Origin: a virus
Lineage: Duplodnaviria > Caudoviricetes
Direction: 5' to 3' (one strand)
DNA: 45,261 bases
Virus record (IMG/VR): IMGVR_UViG_3300032269_000993
Coordinates: 1-45,261 of that record
Under the pieces are notes generated by a model. That model was not told where the DNA came from. It did not search any database and was given only the letters and a program-made list of their open reading frames with translations. Every line of letters starts with the position of its first letter. Within the stretch, counting starts at the first letter, position 1. Shown piece after piece: positions 18,466-27,599 of the stretch. A program made the translations under genes and the position numbers.

Positions 18466-19559
18466 TAACCAATACCAGAGATTGAGTAAACAGCTTCAGG
18501 GATTTTAACAGTTAATCCAGCTGTTACGTTTTGGTATGGTAAGAAGTAAGCCACTTTGGTTGCATCGTAGCTTTGTGGCAATGCTTCAATGATTCTTGAT
18601 GTAGATAACTCAAGGTGCATTGGGTCATTGTAGTACGCAATCATTGTATTCGCTGGAATCGCTGGGATACCTGCAATTCTGAATCCACGGTCTGTTAAGT
18701 AATCAACCACAGAGCGACCTTGTAAGTCAGAGAATGTTCTGTTCAATAACTTAAGGTTAAGGAGAGATACTAAGAGACAGAAAGGGGCTGGCTCAAATAC
18801 ACCTTTTGTATTGTCAATAATCTTAGAATTGATTCTTACGATATCGTCCACAATTGCTCTACCAGTTGTTGCATTAGCCCACACCACAGTTGTAGTAATG
18901 GAGCTATTGATTGCGCTGTTTTGCAATAAACCTTTTTCTTCTGGTAAGGAACCATTAGCATTGAATAATGCAAAGTTTTGCTCAAGTAAACCTAAGTCAC
19001 GTGCAACACGGTTAGAAAACATTTGTTGCAACGGAAGGTTATGAGCCGCAGCTACTTCGAGGTCATAGAGACTTAGATAGAAGCCTTCACGAGATATCTT
19101 GATAGGTCTACGTAATACTTGAGTAGAACCTTTGATGATTCTCATCTCACTTGGATCTTCCCACTCTTTACCAGACCCAGCGTTGCCAGTGTTATCAATA
19201 CCCGACGCAGAGAATAATTGTGGTACATAGACTTTCTCAGTAGCACTGACACCAGTGTACTCAAAGAAAATCTTTTCACTTGGAAAGTTTGCAAAGCTCT
19301 TGCGTAACCATGATTGCTCAACAACTTGCTCAACGATACGTTTATCTAAGTCAATCGCCATTTCATAGGTTTGTAGCACACTGTTGGCGTCAAAGCGCTT
19401 TGTACTGCGTCCATTGGTGATTGGTTTGTCCCATAGTTGACTCGCCATACCTAAGATTAAATCGTCATACGCTGTCTCACGACGGTTATCATTGAGGAAC
19501 TGAGACAACTTCGGCTCTTGGTTAATTAATGCTTGTTTCTGTAATAAACTTAAACTCAT
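18465..19559 (-). CDS. Major capsid protein (DUF2184-like HK97 fold)
   Basis: 364 aa after scaffold and decoration genes; YLSLYDLEVA, GLLQN, GLTVKIPEAV pattern. Confidence 0.75.
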   Translation of the reverse strand: MSLSLLQKQALINQEPKLSQFLNDNRRETAYDDLILGMASQLWDKPITNGRSTKRFDANSVLQTYEMAIDLDKRIVEQVVEQSWLRKSFANFPSEKIFFEYTGVSATEKVYVPQLFSASGIDNTGNAGSGKEWEDPSEMRIIKGSTQVLRRPIKISREGFYLSLYDLEVAAAHNLPLQQMFSNRVARDLGLLEQNFALFNANGSLPEEKGLLQNSAINSSITTTVVWANATTGRAIVDDIVRINSKIIDNTKGVFEPAPFCLLVSLLNLKLLNRTFSDLQGRSVVDYLTDRGFRIAGIPAIPANTMIAYYNDPMHLELSTSRIIEALPQSYDATKVAYFLPYQNVTAGLTVKIPEAVYSISGIG

Positions 19560-19582
19560 TTCTAATTACTCCTTTTTTAGTA

Positions 19583-20101
19583 TTAGCCTACTCTCACTAT
19601 AGCAATTCCACCTGCTGGAGCTGCTGACGCATAGAACCATGTAGGGTGAGCACCCGCTGTCGCTGTATCTGCACTTGCTCTGAATGACCCTAGTTGGTTG
19701 TTCGCAGGTACCGACGCACTCGCTGCAAAGCGAATAAACACTTGTTGTCCTGAACTAACTGCCTCTTCGACCTTAACCGCAATAGTACCAATTTCTAATC
19801 CTGTAATAGATTTACCTGGGCTTGCTCTATCTGTATCTGTGGCTACCCAGTTACCATTGCTATCGTAAGCGAAAGAACTAACTCTCATACCTACCATTGA
19901 AACAAACATGCGATTAGATATATCCCCAGAGGCCACAGGTAACTTAAACCCACCAGACGCAGAGTCCAATTTCATTGCGATACCAAATGGTATGGATAAC
20001 GTAGCTTCTGTGTTAACGTTTGTTAACATAGAGTATGGATTTGAGTCAGCAATCGCACCTACAATGTAATTAGCTGGCTGAATATTTTGCATATATGGCA
20101 T
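19583..20101 (-). CDS. Capsid decoration/cement protein
   Basis: IPFG.A..., GTIAVKVEEAV..GQ.VFIR pattern; position before the capsid gene. Confidence 0.7.
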   Translation of the reverse strand: MPYMQNIQPANYIVGAIADSNPYSMLTNVNTEATLSIPFGIAMKLDSASGGFKLPVASGDISNRMFVSMVGMRVSSFAYDSNGNWVATDTDRASPGKSITGLEIGTIAVKVEEAVSSGQQVFIRFAASASVPANNQLGSFRASADTATAGAHPTWFYASAAPAGGIAIVRVG

Positions 20102-20106
20102 AGTAA

Positions 20107-21195
20107 CTATCTCCCTTTACCGTTGATTAGTGAGTTAACGTGACTGTTTCTATCGTATGCTGACCATTGTAAATTACTTTCGGAACTGTCACCCTTGTAC
20201 TCTTTCTTTATTGAATAGTTAGACAGAGAATTAAGCAATGGGTCTTTTTCCTTGCTATCAGATTTTTTTGTTTTCTCAGCCTCAATGCTATCCATACGAG
20301 TACTTAGGTTATCCAGTTTAGAAATCAATGATTTGATTAGCTCATTGGTTTCTGTCATTGCAGCGTCTCCTTTCTTTTTGCGGTCTTTTTTCTTTGCGTC
20401 CTTTTTCTCTTTTTCCTTAGATTCTTCCTCGTCAGAGTCTTCTTTGGATTCATCGGAACTGTCTTCCTTAGATTCTTCGTCGTCTGAGTCTTCTTTCTCA
20501 GCTTCGTAGCCCTCTTCGTACTCTTCGTCCTTCTTTTTCTTATCCTTCTTCTTTGCGTCTTTCTTCTCAGATTCGTCTACCATTCCTTTGTCTGCCTTTC
20601 TTGCTGATTCTTCGGTTATTTCACCCGCTGAATTGGTACTCATATCAGCGTCAGTTTTGTATACCATTGCACTATCTCCCTTTTTTACTATTGAACATAT
20701 TGAACCACCACGTGCCGCAGGGACACAGGCTAAATGATTATAAACAATATCAGTCTGTTTCTTCGTGTACTGAATACCCTCGTGAACGCCTACTTCGTCC
20801 ACAAGCTTACAATCGTACCCCATTGACCACTCCTTAATCTCACCGTTTTCTACGGCATTGATAAGCGTGGGGTCGGTTATAATAATTGAATCTACCTTAA
20901 CTACATCTAGCTTTTCTTTTTTGGCAGAGTAACCTTGACTACCCAGAAACCCTTTTATATATTGAGCCGTAGTTGACGGTGTCAACAAATCTGGTGGATG
21001 ATTCCAAGTAACAGGTAGTGCCCTTAGTGTATCTAAGCTTTCTTGTTTCATTACTTCGTTGTGAGGACGTAGCTCATTGCCTGTATCGTAAACAAAAATG
21101 CCTGTGCGGGTAACGATTCCAGCGACGTCTAAGTACCCTTGTGGTGTTCGTTTAAACGTTTCTATTTTAAAGTTTGAGTCATACCTAGCGACCAT
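20107..21195 (-). CDS. Prohead protease/scaffold (DUF2213-like)
   Basis: TPQGYL, RTGIFVY, PVTWNHP, EWSMGY, NHLACV..ARGG; D/E/K low-complexity C-terminus. Confidence 0.9.
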   Translation of the reverse strand: MVARYDSNFKIETFKRTPQGYLDVAGIVTRTGIFVYDTGNELRPHNEVMKQESLDTLRALPVTWNHPPDLLTPSTTAQYIKGFLGSQGYSAKKEKLDVVKVDSIIITDPTLINAVENGEIKEWSMGYDCKLVDEVGVHEGIQYTKKQTDIVYNHLACVPAARGGSICSIVKKGDSAMVYKTDADMSTNSAGEITEESARKADKGMVDESEKKDAKKKDKKKKDEEYEEGYEAEKEDSDDEESKEDSSDESKEDSDEEESKEKEKKDAKKKDRKKKGDAAMTETNELIKSLISKLDNLSTRMDSIEAEKTKKSDSKEKDPLLNSLSNYSIKKEYKGDSSESNLQWSAYDRNSHVNSLINGKGR

Positions 21196-21212
21196 GTTTT
21201 TACCTCTTACCT

Positions 21213-21242
21213 AGTATTCCAATGACTCGCTCAATTAGTCAA
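21213..21242 (-). promoter_or_regulatory. Putative promoter for the head/tail operon
   Basis: TTGACT-18 nt (ending TGG)-AATACT upstream of the 21195 start. Confidence 0.45.
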
Positions 21243-21253
21243 CAAAAATCTTA

Positions 21254-21961
21254 TTAAACTAGGGGTATAAGCACACAACGGCAATTATAGTCATTGTACT
21301 CTTTGGGAAGGTTCTTTATATCGAACACTTTGCCCTCTAGTTTACGATGTGAATCTCTGACTCGCTCGTCACCGCTGGTTTGCCATTTGCACTGAGTAAC
21401 ACCGATACTTTGAGCCTCAGCTAGCGTTAAGTCTCTGTTCAAATTGTTTATCTCAGTCCTAGACCAAGTGTCAGTGAACTTATACTTAGGCTTAGTATAC
21501 TTTGCTTCAAAGAGCTTATCTTTGTTCTCTGAGTTAAACAGTGCACTTGCTCTGAAATCATCAAGTTGTTGTTTCCTCTTGTCCCACTCAGCTTCCAAAG
21601 TATCCCGTAGCTTTTCCCTTGTACCTGTTTCAAAGGACACGAGGCGATCTACCATTGAGGTACTTGGTATCTTTTTGTCAAAGTTATCCAAGGTTTTCTT
21701 TAATGAATCCTCGGCTACTTTGTTCAATATATCGTAGCTTATCTTTGTGAGGAATACATCAACAATGTTATCGTAGACCTTGGGAATCTTAAGAACCCTT
21801 GGTTTACTGAGTAAATCAAGTAACACTGCATTCGTTGATTTCCAGAAGGTATTTAGTACACTGCGCAACCAACGAGAGAAGCGCAACTCATTTGCCTTTG
21901 GAAACCTTATTGCTTGGCTTACCTTTATCATTGGCTTCTTTGTCTTCTTTTTCATCGCCAT
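21254..21961 (-). CDS. Head morphogenesis protein (MuF/SPP1 gp7-like)
   Basis: RTE..., WQTSGDERVRDSH..LEGKVF, YNCRC motifs. Confidence 0.9.
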   Translation of the reverse strand: MAMKKKTKKPMIKVSQAIRFPKANELRFSRWLRSVLNTFWKSTNAVLLDLLSKPRVLKIPKVYDNIVDVFLTKISYDILNKVAEDSLKKTLDNFDKKIPSTSMVDRLVSFETGTREKLRDTLEAEWDKRKQQLDDFRASALFNSENKDKLFEAKYTKPKYKFTDTWSRTEINNLNRDLTLAEAQSIGVTQCKWQTSGDERVRDSHRKLEGKVFDIKNLPKEYNDYNCRCVLIPLV

Positions 21962-23387
21962 CTGGTTCTCCCTTGTCCACTAAGTCCACTAAGTCCACAC
22001 TGTCAGCCCTTTGAATATCAGGGTACATCTTGACTAAGAAATCTGAGCAATCGTACCCTTGACCTTCTAAGGAAACTATACCACTTGCATACGAAGCGAA
22101 AACCGCTGACTCCTCAGTTTGCGTAGGAGCCTCATGGTGTTCGTAACTTACTTCGTAATCCTCTGGCATTTTAAGTCCGTCAGTGTTCTCAAAGACCCTC
22201 ATAAAGTATTCGATAATCGGAGTTAGCTTGTCTCCTCTCTCGGAATCAATGAACCCTTGAAACGTTGTTTTCTCTGTTCTCCCAGTGGTCTGACCTGTGG
22301 AACCTTCGTTAAACAACACATCATGGGGTATATCGGTATCAAGGCAAAGGCGCTCCTTTGTCTCTCTGATTAACTCAGATATCCCAGTAAGTGTTGGTGT
22401 GTAGTACTCAAATTCCTCAGTTGAGTCTATGGCACTGATATTGTGTAAACTGCGCCCTTTGTTCTTAGCAGCCAAAGCAGCCGCTAGTTTACTGCGTTGT
22501 TCTGGGTTAGTTAAGGCCGCTGATAACCCTTGTATCTTATGAACTGGCATAGGTACTTTGGCTAGCAACGTGGCAAGGTTATCCATGACTGCGCTGTAGT
22601 TACGTGCGGCGTTCTCAATGTTACGAATATACGTGTCATGGAAATGAAGGTTACTGCGGAATGTGAACGGCATCAATTTGACCCCATAGAAGCCAAGTAA
22701 CCTTGATTTATGTATTTTCTGAGAACCCATTTGAGGGAGCGCAGATACTTCTTTCATGTACTCTTTGCGGCTAGTGCTGTCATTGAGGTCAAATTTATTC
22801 GCTGTAAGGGGTTGCTGAACCACGTAGTAACTTATTGGATTGAACTCAAAGTCTAGTTCCTCTGGGTACGCTGCAAGAAAGTAGCGGTTAATCAGGTTCA
22901 CATCGTCAAGCTGGTGAACTTCGCTAGCACTAAGTGGCTCGCTGTAATCTGTGCTTCCATTGGCTCTTATGATTAAGAACGAGTGACCGTGGATATAGCC
23001 CGATGTAGCTAAGTCCTTAAGTTTCTTCCATAGCCTATATTTCTTTGTGAACAAACGTTTAAACTTGGCATTGTATTCCAAGTCCTCGGACTTTATTTCA
23101 AAGGAGTCTTTGAACATATATTTTACAAGGAGACGAATGATTCTGTTAATCGTAGGGTCACAGGTGTATAGATTCTCAACCTGAGGAAAAGAATACTGTG
23201 TAAACGGTTTAATCTTTGTCATTTCGTTTACGTCGGACTGAGTCCCTTGGCCTGTGAGTAAGTTGTAATATATTGAGTCACTGCGGCTAACACGGTTACG
23301 AAGCTCTTCGATTTCGCTGTTAAGCTCTGCAACTTTGCTCGCATGGTAACTGTCATTTCTTTGTTTCTTTGGTTTTCTATGGCTCAT
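21888..23387 (-). CDS. Portal protein (DUF1073-like)
   Basis: 499 aa before MuF; IHKSRLL.F.G, TDIPHDVLF motifs. Confidence 0.85.
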   Translation of the reverse strand: MSHRKPKKQRNDSYHASKVAELNSEIEELRNRVSRSDSIYYNLLTGQGTQSDVNEMTKIKPFTQYSFPQVENLYTCDPTINRIIRLLVKYMFKDSFEIKSEDLEYNAKFKRLFTKKYRLWKKLKDLATSGYIHGHSFLIIRANGSTDYSEPLSASEVHQLDDVNLINRYFLAAYPEELDFEFNPISYYVVQQPLTANKFDLNDSTSRKEYMKEVSALPQMGSQKIHKSRLLGFYGVKLMPFTFRSNLHFHDTYIRNIENAARNYSAVMDNLATLLAKVPMPVHKIQGLSAALTNPEQRSKLAAALAAKNKGRSLHNISAIDSTEEFEYYTPTLTGISELIRETKERLCLDTDIPHDVLFNEGSTGQTTGRTEKTTFQGFIDSERGDKLTPIIEYFMRVFENTDGLKMPEDYEVSYEHHEAPTQTEESAVFASYASGIVSLEGQGYDCSDFLVKMYPDIQRADSVDLVDLVDKGEPDGDEKEDKEANDKGKPSNKVSKGK

Positions 23388-23405
23388 AATTTCCCCCTGT
23401 TTGCA

Positions 23406-23433
23406 ACGATAACATGCAGTGGAAAGTAATCAA
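23406..23433 (-). promoter_or_regulatory. Putative portal promoter
   Basis: TTGATT-16 nt (ending TGT)-TATCGT, divergent from the 23457 promoter. Confidence 0.35.
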
Positions 23434-23456
23434 AGGAAAAAACTAGGTCACGTTGG

Positions 23457-23485
23457 TTTACAAGGGATTCAATGCATGGCATAGT
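23457..23485 (+). promoter_or_regulatory. Promoter P1 of a three-member family
   Basis: TTTACA-17 nt-CATAGT; shares GGATTC..TGGCATAGTAACTA with the 36647 promoter. Confidence 0.6.
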
Positions 23486-23533
23486 AACTATGTGGCCAAC
23501 GGTTGGCTACCAAGAGTCTGGGAGGACTAAGTT

Positions 23534-23701
23534 ATGTGTCTAAGTTTCATGAAGTCATTGTTAGTGTTGTTAATGGTGTTATCCGTGGTTTCCTTTGTTG
23601 GTCTTATTACCGCAGAGGTTCTAGGTATCGTAGGGTTGACGTTATTCCTAGCTACTGCGGTTCCCTTTGTGTTGTGTTTCATTATTTACTTGGCAATCTA
23701 A
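23534..23701 (+). CDS. Small two-TM membrane protein (55 aa, not in the ORF track)
   Basis: GGAGG RBS; MCLSFMKSLLVLLMVLSVVSFVGLITAEVLGIVGLTLFLATAVPFVLCFIIYLAI. Confidence 0.65.
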   Translation: MCLSFMKSLLVLLMVLSVVSFVGLITAEVLGIVGLTLFLATAVPFVLCFIIYLAI

Positions 23702-23816
23702 GGTCTGGGAGGACAAAGTAATGAATATTTTGGCTACGATGTAGGTAAAGTGTTAAACACATATTAAAAGTTGTGTATTAATTCGATTGATTATTTAACA
23801 AATAAAGGAGATATTT

Positions 23817-24533
23817 ATGTCACAGTTAGTTAAGTTAGAGTCGATTGCTGGTAATAATGTAGTTGCAACCACTAGTTTGAAGATTGCAGAGGTGTTTGAA
23901 AAGAACCATTTTGACGTAATTAAGTTAATAGAAATAGAGATAAACAAAGGATTATTCGGTGCCAGAAATTTTTCTGTCTCCTCTTATAAAAGTGAACAGA
24001 ACAAAGAAATCAAGATGTATTTACTCGATGAGAGATTTACAACTTTCCTCACAATGGGATTCACAGGAGACCGAGCAGACCAATGGAAGCTTCAGTACAT
24101 AGACGCATTTAACGCAATGAAAGATGAGATACATAAGAAAAAAGAATTAACCACTGGGGGTGTGTTCAAGGATTTCCATAGTATCGCTGAGGTTCTAGGG
24201 TTAAGCAAGGAACAAGCTGCTATCCATGCAAACCATGCCACAAGGAAGAAGACAGGAGACGATGTTCTAGCTCTCATGGAGTACAAAGTAATCACTGGGA
24301 CTAGGTATCAAAGTTTAACAAAGTGGCTAGAAGGCGCTGGGATATCTGCGGTAAAGGGTAACAAAGTATTAAGTGATAAAGGTTACCTAGTGAAAGACTT
24401 AAGTAATCAATGGACACTGACAAAGCTAGGTGAAACTATCGGTCACTTAGTTACACAGGAAGCTGGAGGTAAGATGAGACAAAGCATCGAGTGGTCAGAG
24501 GAAGTAGTCAATGTAATCTTAGGGGGCAAGTAA
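23817..24533 (+). CDS. rha: Rha-family regulator with antirepressor (KilA-C-like) C-terminus
   Basis: TTSLKIAEVFEKNHFDVI, SSYK..QNK..KMYLL, LTMGFTG..A.QWKLQYIDAFNAM. Confidence 0.9.
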   Translation: MSQLVKLESIAGNNVVATTSLKIAEVFEKNHFDVIKLIEIEINKGLFGARNFSVSSYKSEQNKEIKMYLLDERFTTFLTMGFTGDRADQWKLQYIDAFNAMKDEIHKKKELTTGGVFKDFHSIAEVLGLSKEQAAIHANHATRKKTGDDVLALMEYKVITGTRYQSLTKWLEGAGISAVKGNKVLSDKGYLVKDLSNQWTLTKLGETIGHLVTQEAGGKMRQSIEWSEEVVNVILGGK

Positions 24534-24793
24534 TGAAGTATATCAGCGTAATCTTAGTACCACGTAACAGGGAAGTCATATTACCGGTGGACAATATTAA
24601 GTTACTTAGACCTACGAACCATTGGGGCTTTCACCACACTGTCTTTTTGCGCAATGGTGATATGTTCGATGTATCAATCACTCAATGCTACAATGGTTCA
24701 ATGGTTCCGTTGAAAGACCCTGACTCAGCGTTGCAGCGACTAATCGAGAAACTAAGGAGGCAATACCATGACTCAGAGATACTACTTGAATGA
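24533..24793 (+). CDS. Hypothetical protein (start moved to ATG 24533)
   Basis: TAATG coupling to rha; GGGGG RBS. Confidence 0.6.
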   Translation: MKYISVILVPRNREVILPVDNIKLLRPTNHWGFHHTVFLRNGDMFDVSITQCYNGSMVPLKDPDSALQRLIEKLRRQYHDSEILLE

Positions 24794-25034
24794 CAGAGAA
24801 CTAAGTGTAATGTTCTATGACCATGTGACTAGGGAACTAGGACACTCAGTAGACCAAGGTGAATATGACAAGCTTACTGAGATGTTCTTTGATGAGTGGC
24901 TAGAGATGTGTGTGGAGACTAAGTTACTTGACCACGATGGGACACATTTCTACTTTGAACAAGGTGTCCCTGATGATGTATCTAGGACACAGTTACAAAG
25001 GTACTTGCGCAGTGAACACACTAGGGGAGGCTAA
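24768..25034 (+). CDS. Hypothetical protein, paralog of 33528..33752
   Basis: AGGAG RBS; Y.L....MF...EY...F.EWL pattern. Confidence 0.65.
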   Translation: MTQRYYLNDRELSVMFYDHVTRELGHSVDQGEYDKLTEMFFDEWLEMCVETKLLDHDGTHFYFEQGVPDDVSRTQLQRYLRSEHTRGG

Positions 25035-25037
25035 GTT

Positions 25038-25226
25038 ATGTGTATCTTGGTTACGATGGAGCAAGTTAATAGTGGTGATAACAAAGTAGCGGCGATTACT
25101 AGTTTGAAGATTGCAGAGTTTACAGGTAAAGCTCACAGTGACGTTTTATTCAGTATTAATGAGCTAATTCTGGCAGGGGAATTTTCCCCCGCCAACTTTG
25201 TTAAGGGGGAGTACAAACCCTACTGA
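25038..25226 (+). pseudogene. Truncated second Rha N-terminus
   Basis: ITSLKIAEFTGKAHSDVL; 21-bp identity to rha (25098-25118 vs 23871-23891); stops after 62 codons. Confidence 0.6.
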
Positions 25227-25301
25227 TATTTATAACTATGTATTGACTCAGAGGTCAAAAGCTTACTTAGAAACATAATCAAAGAAATTAAGAGGTTAAA
25301 C

Positions 25302-25481
25302 ATGATTGAGCCAATGTATTTAGTATCCGCAGCGTACCTTGTAATCGGAGTGTCTTTTCTATCCTATGTAACAGTGAGCAAAGTGGGAGAAGGGTACAGC
25401 GGTATTCTTTGGCACAGGGTAATCATTGCAGCGTTGTTCTGGCCATTGTTCATGTTCTATTTACTAGTTATCAGAGAGTGA
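25302..25481 (+). CDS. Small two-TM membrane protein (59 aa, YLxxG...WP family)
   Basis: GAGG RBS; MIEPMYLVSAAYLVIGVSF...IIAALFWPLFMFYLLVIRE. Confidence 0.6.
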   Translation: MIEPMYLVSAAYLVIGVSFLSYVTVSKVGEGYSGILWHRVIIAALFWPLFMFYLLVIRE

Positions 25482-27030
25482 ATGTATCACCGAATACAGA
25501 GTCTTCCTTAGCAACTTCCTTACCACTATAAAAGTCAGCAATGGCTCCTAAGTCCGCAGCGTAATACTTGTCATAGGCAAATATGCAACCAAGCGTCAAA
25601 GCGTCTGTGGCGTCATCGTTCTTACCAAAGGGAAAGTTAGCCATGCACTTGAGTAAAGGTTCTTGCCATTCTTCGACACCTTCGACAATCTCAGATTCCG
25701 TTGGTTGAAGTATGTAAACTTTACCCCTGTTCATCATTGCCTTAAGTGGCTGTGCCCTAGTTATCTTAGAACCATTCTGCCTAAGTAGCTCAGGGTTTTT
25801 ACCTTGTACACCTGGTAACTTCTTTAACATTTCCCCATAGTGCTCACCACCGACACCAGGGTCTAGAGGAAACACAGGCACGCAGTCCCAACCATCGGCT
25901 TTACTTGTTTCATCAATGAGCACGTCGTTAGCGTCAACAAGGCCACGTTGTCCTACCATGTCCACGATAACAATGAAATCTTTGAACACTGCGAACTTAA
26001 CACCCCTTGTCCAATCTCGCTTCAAGGTATCCTCGGCTATTTGTCCCCTACGTTCACCAACGCCAGCTAAGTCCCAACTTCTCACGTAACAGCGTGCAGT
26101 GTGGGCAATACTATCAAAGTGCTTACGTGTCATAGGTTTCAGCGTATCTAAGTTGAAGAAGCCACCGTTCATAGCCTGAGGGTCTTGCATCATTTGGGCA
26201 TTGAATGTGTAGGGGTCATTGCTTTTCATTGCAAGCAGCGTTTCCGTTGATATACGCTGTGGGAATATGGATTCACCATCAATTAACGCTGGTATCTTTA
26301 GATGGACATATTTGTAGTCACTTTGGTTAAGCACAGCGCCGCTAAGGTCTTCAGGGTGAACACGTTGCTGAAATATGATTAGTGGTACTTTGTTCATATT
26401 GTTTCTGCGTGTAATAAAGGTGTTCCAAAGCTTATCAGCGACACCTTGGCGCCTTGTTTCATAGAATGTATCGCTGATTTTATTAGGGTCATCGAATATA
26501 AGGTCTCCACCGAAAGGAGTAGCTGTTAAGTCCCCTGCACCAAAACCCGTTGCCACACCGTATATCGTTGTTGCTAAGAACTCACCACGTTGAGCCGTAG
26601 TCCATATACCTGTGGAGTCTTTGCGCATGTTGGAACTAAGCCCACAAACGTTCTTAAGTACATCTTTGACTTCACGGCTAAACTTGTGACTTAGGTCTTT
26701 GGAGTAGGACACGTAGAAAAACTTAGCTGCACCGTTCATTACGTAGCACCAAGCCACATAAAGCGTAACTATCAAAGTTTTACCGAAACGAGGGGCAATG
26801 TTGATTACTACGATGAAAGTATCATCGGGTAATTGACGCAATGCACACTTGGTTAACAAATCACATAGAGCTTTGTGGTGCACTGTGACAATGAACTCAG
26901 TGTTATACAGTGCAAAGAAAGTCTCTTTAACAAAGGATAATAGGTCACGATATTCCCTAGGTTTCTCCATTGACGCATGGTAACGAAGTGCTTTCTCCAG
27001 AATCTTTGAGTTAATTGACGTTGGTTTCAT
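25471..27030 (-). CDS. terL: Terminase large subunit
   Basis: Walker A INIAPRFGKT, Walker B LIFDDP, FQQRVHPEDLSG, nuclease SWDLA and KNDDATDA. Confidence 0.95.
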   Translation of the reverse strand: MKPTSINSKILEKALRYHASMEKPREYRDLLSFVKETFFALYNTEFIVTVHHKALCDLLTKCALRQLPDDTFIVVINIAPRFGKTLIVTLYVAWCYVMNGAAKFFYVSYSKDLSHKFSREVKDVLKNVCGLSSNMRKDSTGIWTTAQRGEFLATTIYGVATGFGAGDLTATPFGGDLIFDDPNKISDTFYETRRQGVADKLWNTFITRRNNMNKVPLIIFQQRVHPEDLSGAVLNQSDYKYVHLKIPALIDGESIFPQRISTETLLAMKSNDPYTFNAQMMQDPQAMNGGFFNLDTLKPMTRKHFDSIAHTARCYVRSWDLAGVGERRGQIAEDTLKRDWTRGVKFAVFKDFIVIVDMVGQRGLVDANDVLIDETSKADGWDCVPVFPLDPGVGGEHYGEMLKKLPGVQGKNPELLRQNGSKITRAQPLKAMMNRGKVYILQPTESEIVEGVEEWQEPLLKCMANFPFGKNDDATDALTLGCIFAYDKYYAADLGAIADFYSGKEVAKEDSVFGDTFTL

Positions 27031-27563
27031 GGTTTACCTCGTTTACTTAGAAACTCTGCATCTGTGGGGCTCATGTTCATTGCTATCTTTGTAGTCTCTA
27101 GCTCCACTTTGTCCCTGTGTGCCCTGCGGTTATGCTTCAATGATTTCTCTGTTAACTCTAGTTTGCGTTCCTCTACATTGGCACGTTGTTTAGATAGTTC
27201 ACGCTGTAACTGTGTAGTCGCTAAGTGTTCATCGTAACCAAAGCGGCTTTGGCACACGTAACGCAGTGCACTGAAAGTTACATTGCTCACATCAGGCATT
27301 GCCCCTGTGGCTATCTGCATTAACACTGTGTTTATTGATAACTGTGCTCTTGCTTTACCAAGCTCCACAGCCTCAATGATTCTATTGTTAATAAACGAAG
27401 CATGTAGAAATGCCCTGATATCAACGTGAAGCAATGTGGCCATTGTCCTAGGATCTAAGATACCTACGAAAGCGTAGTTCTCAATAAGTTCGATATCATT
27501 GTCACTTGGTTTCCAAGCACTTTGTTCAAAGAGTTCTGTAATCGATGTGGTCATAGTAATCAT
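27027..27563 (-). CDS. Putative terminase small subunit
   Basis: Overlaps the terL start; EAVELGKARA helical pattern. Confidence 0.65.
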   Translation of the reverse strand: MITMTTSITELFEQSAWKPSDNDIELIENYAFVGILDPRTMATLLHVDIRAFLHASFINNRIIEAVELGKARAQLSINTVLMQIATGAMPDVSNVTFSALRYVCQSRFGYDEHLATTQLQRELSKQRANVEERKLELTEKSLKHNRRAHRDKVELETTKIAMNMSPTDAEFLSKRGKP

Positions 27564-27599
27564 CTCCCTTAGTTAACCTTAGTTTTATTGGATAAATAA

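Noticed and set aside
20252-20560. Short DNA repeats and a Ser/Phe-rich plus-strand ORF
   Set aside because: Shadow of the D/E/K low-complexity scaffold region of the protease gene
21888-23387. Anti-CBASS Acb1 label sometimes attached to this family
   Set aside because: Size, position and motifs indicate a portal; no 2H-phosphodiesterase HxT pair identified
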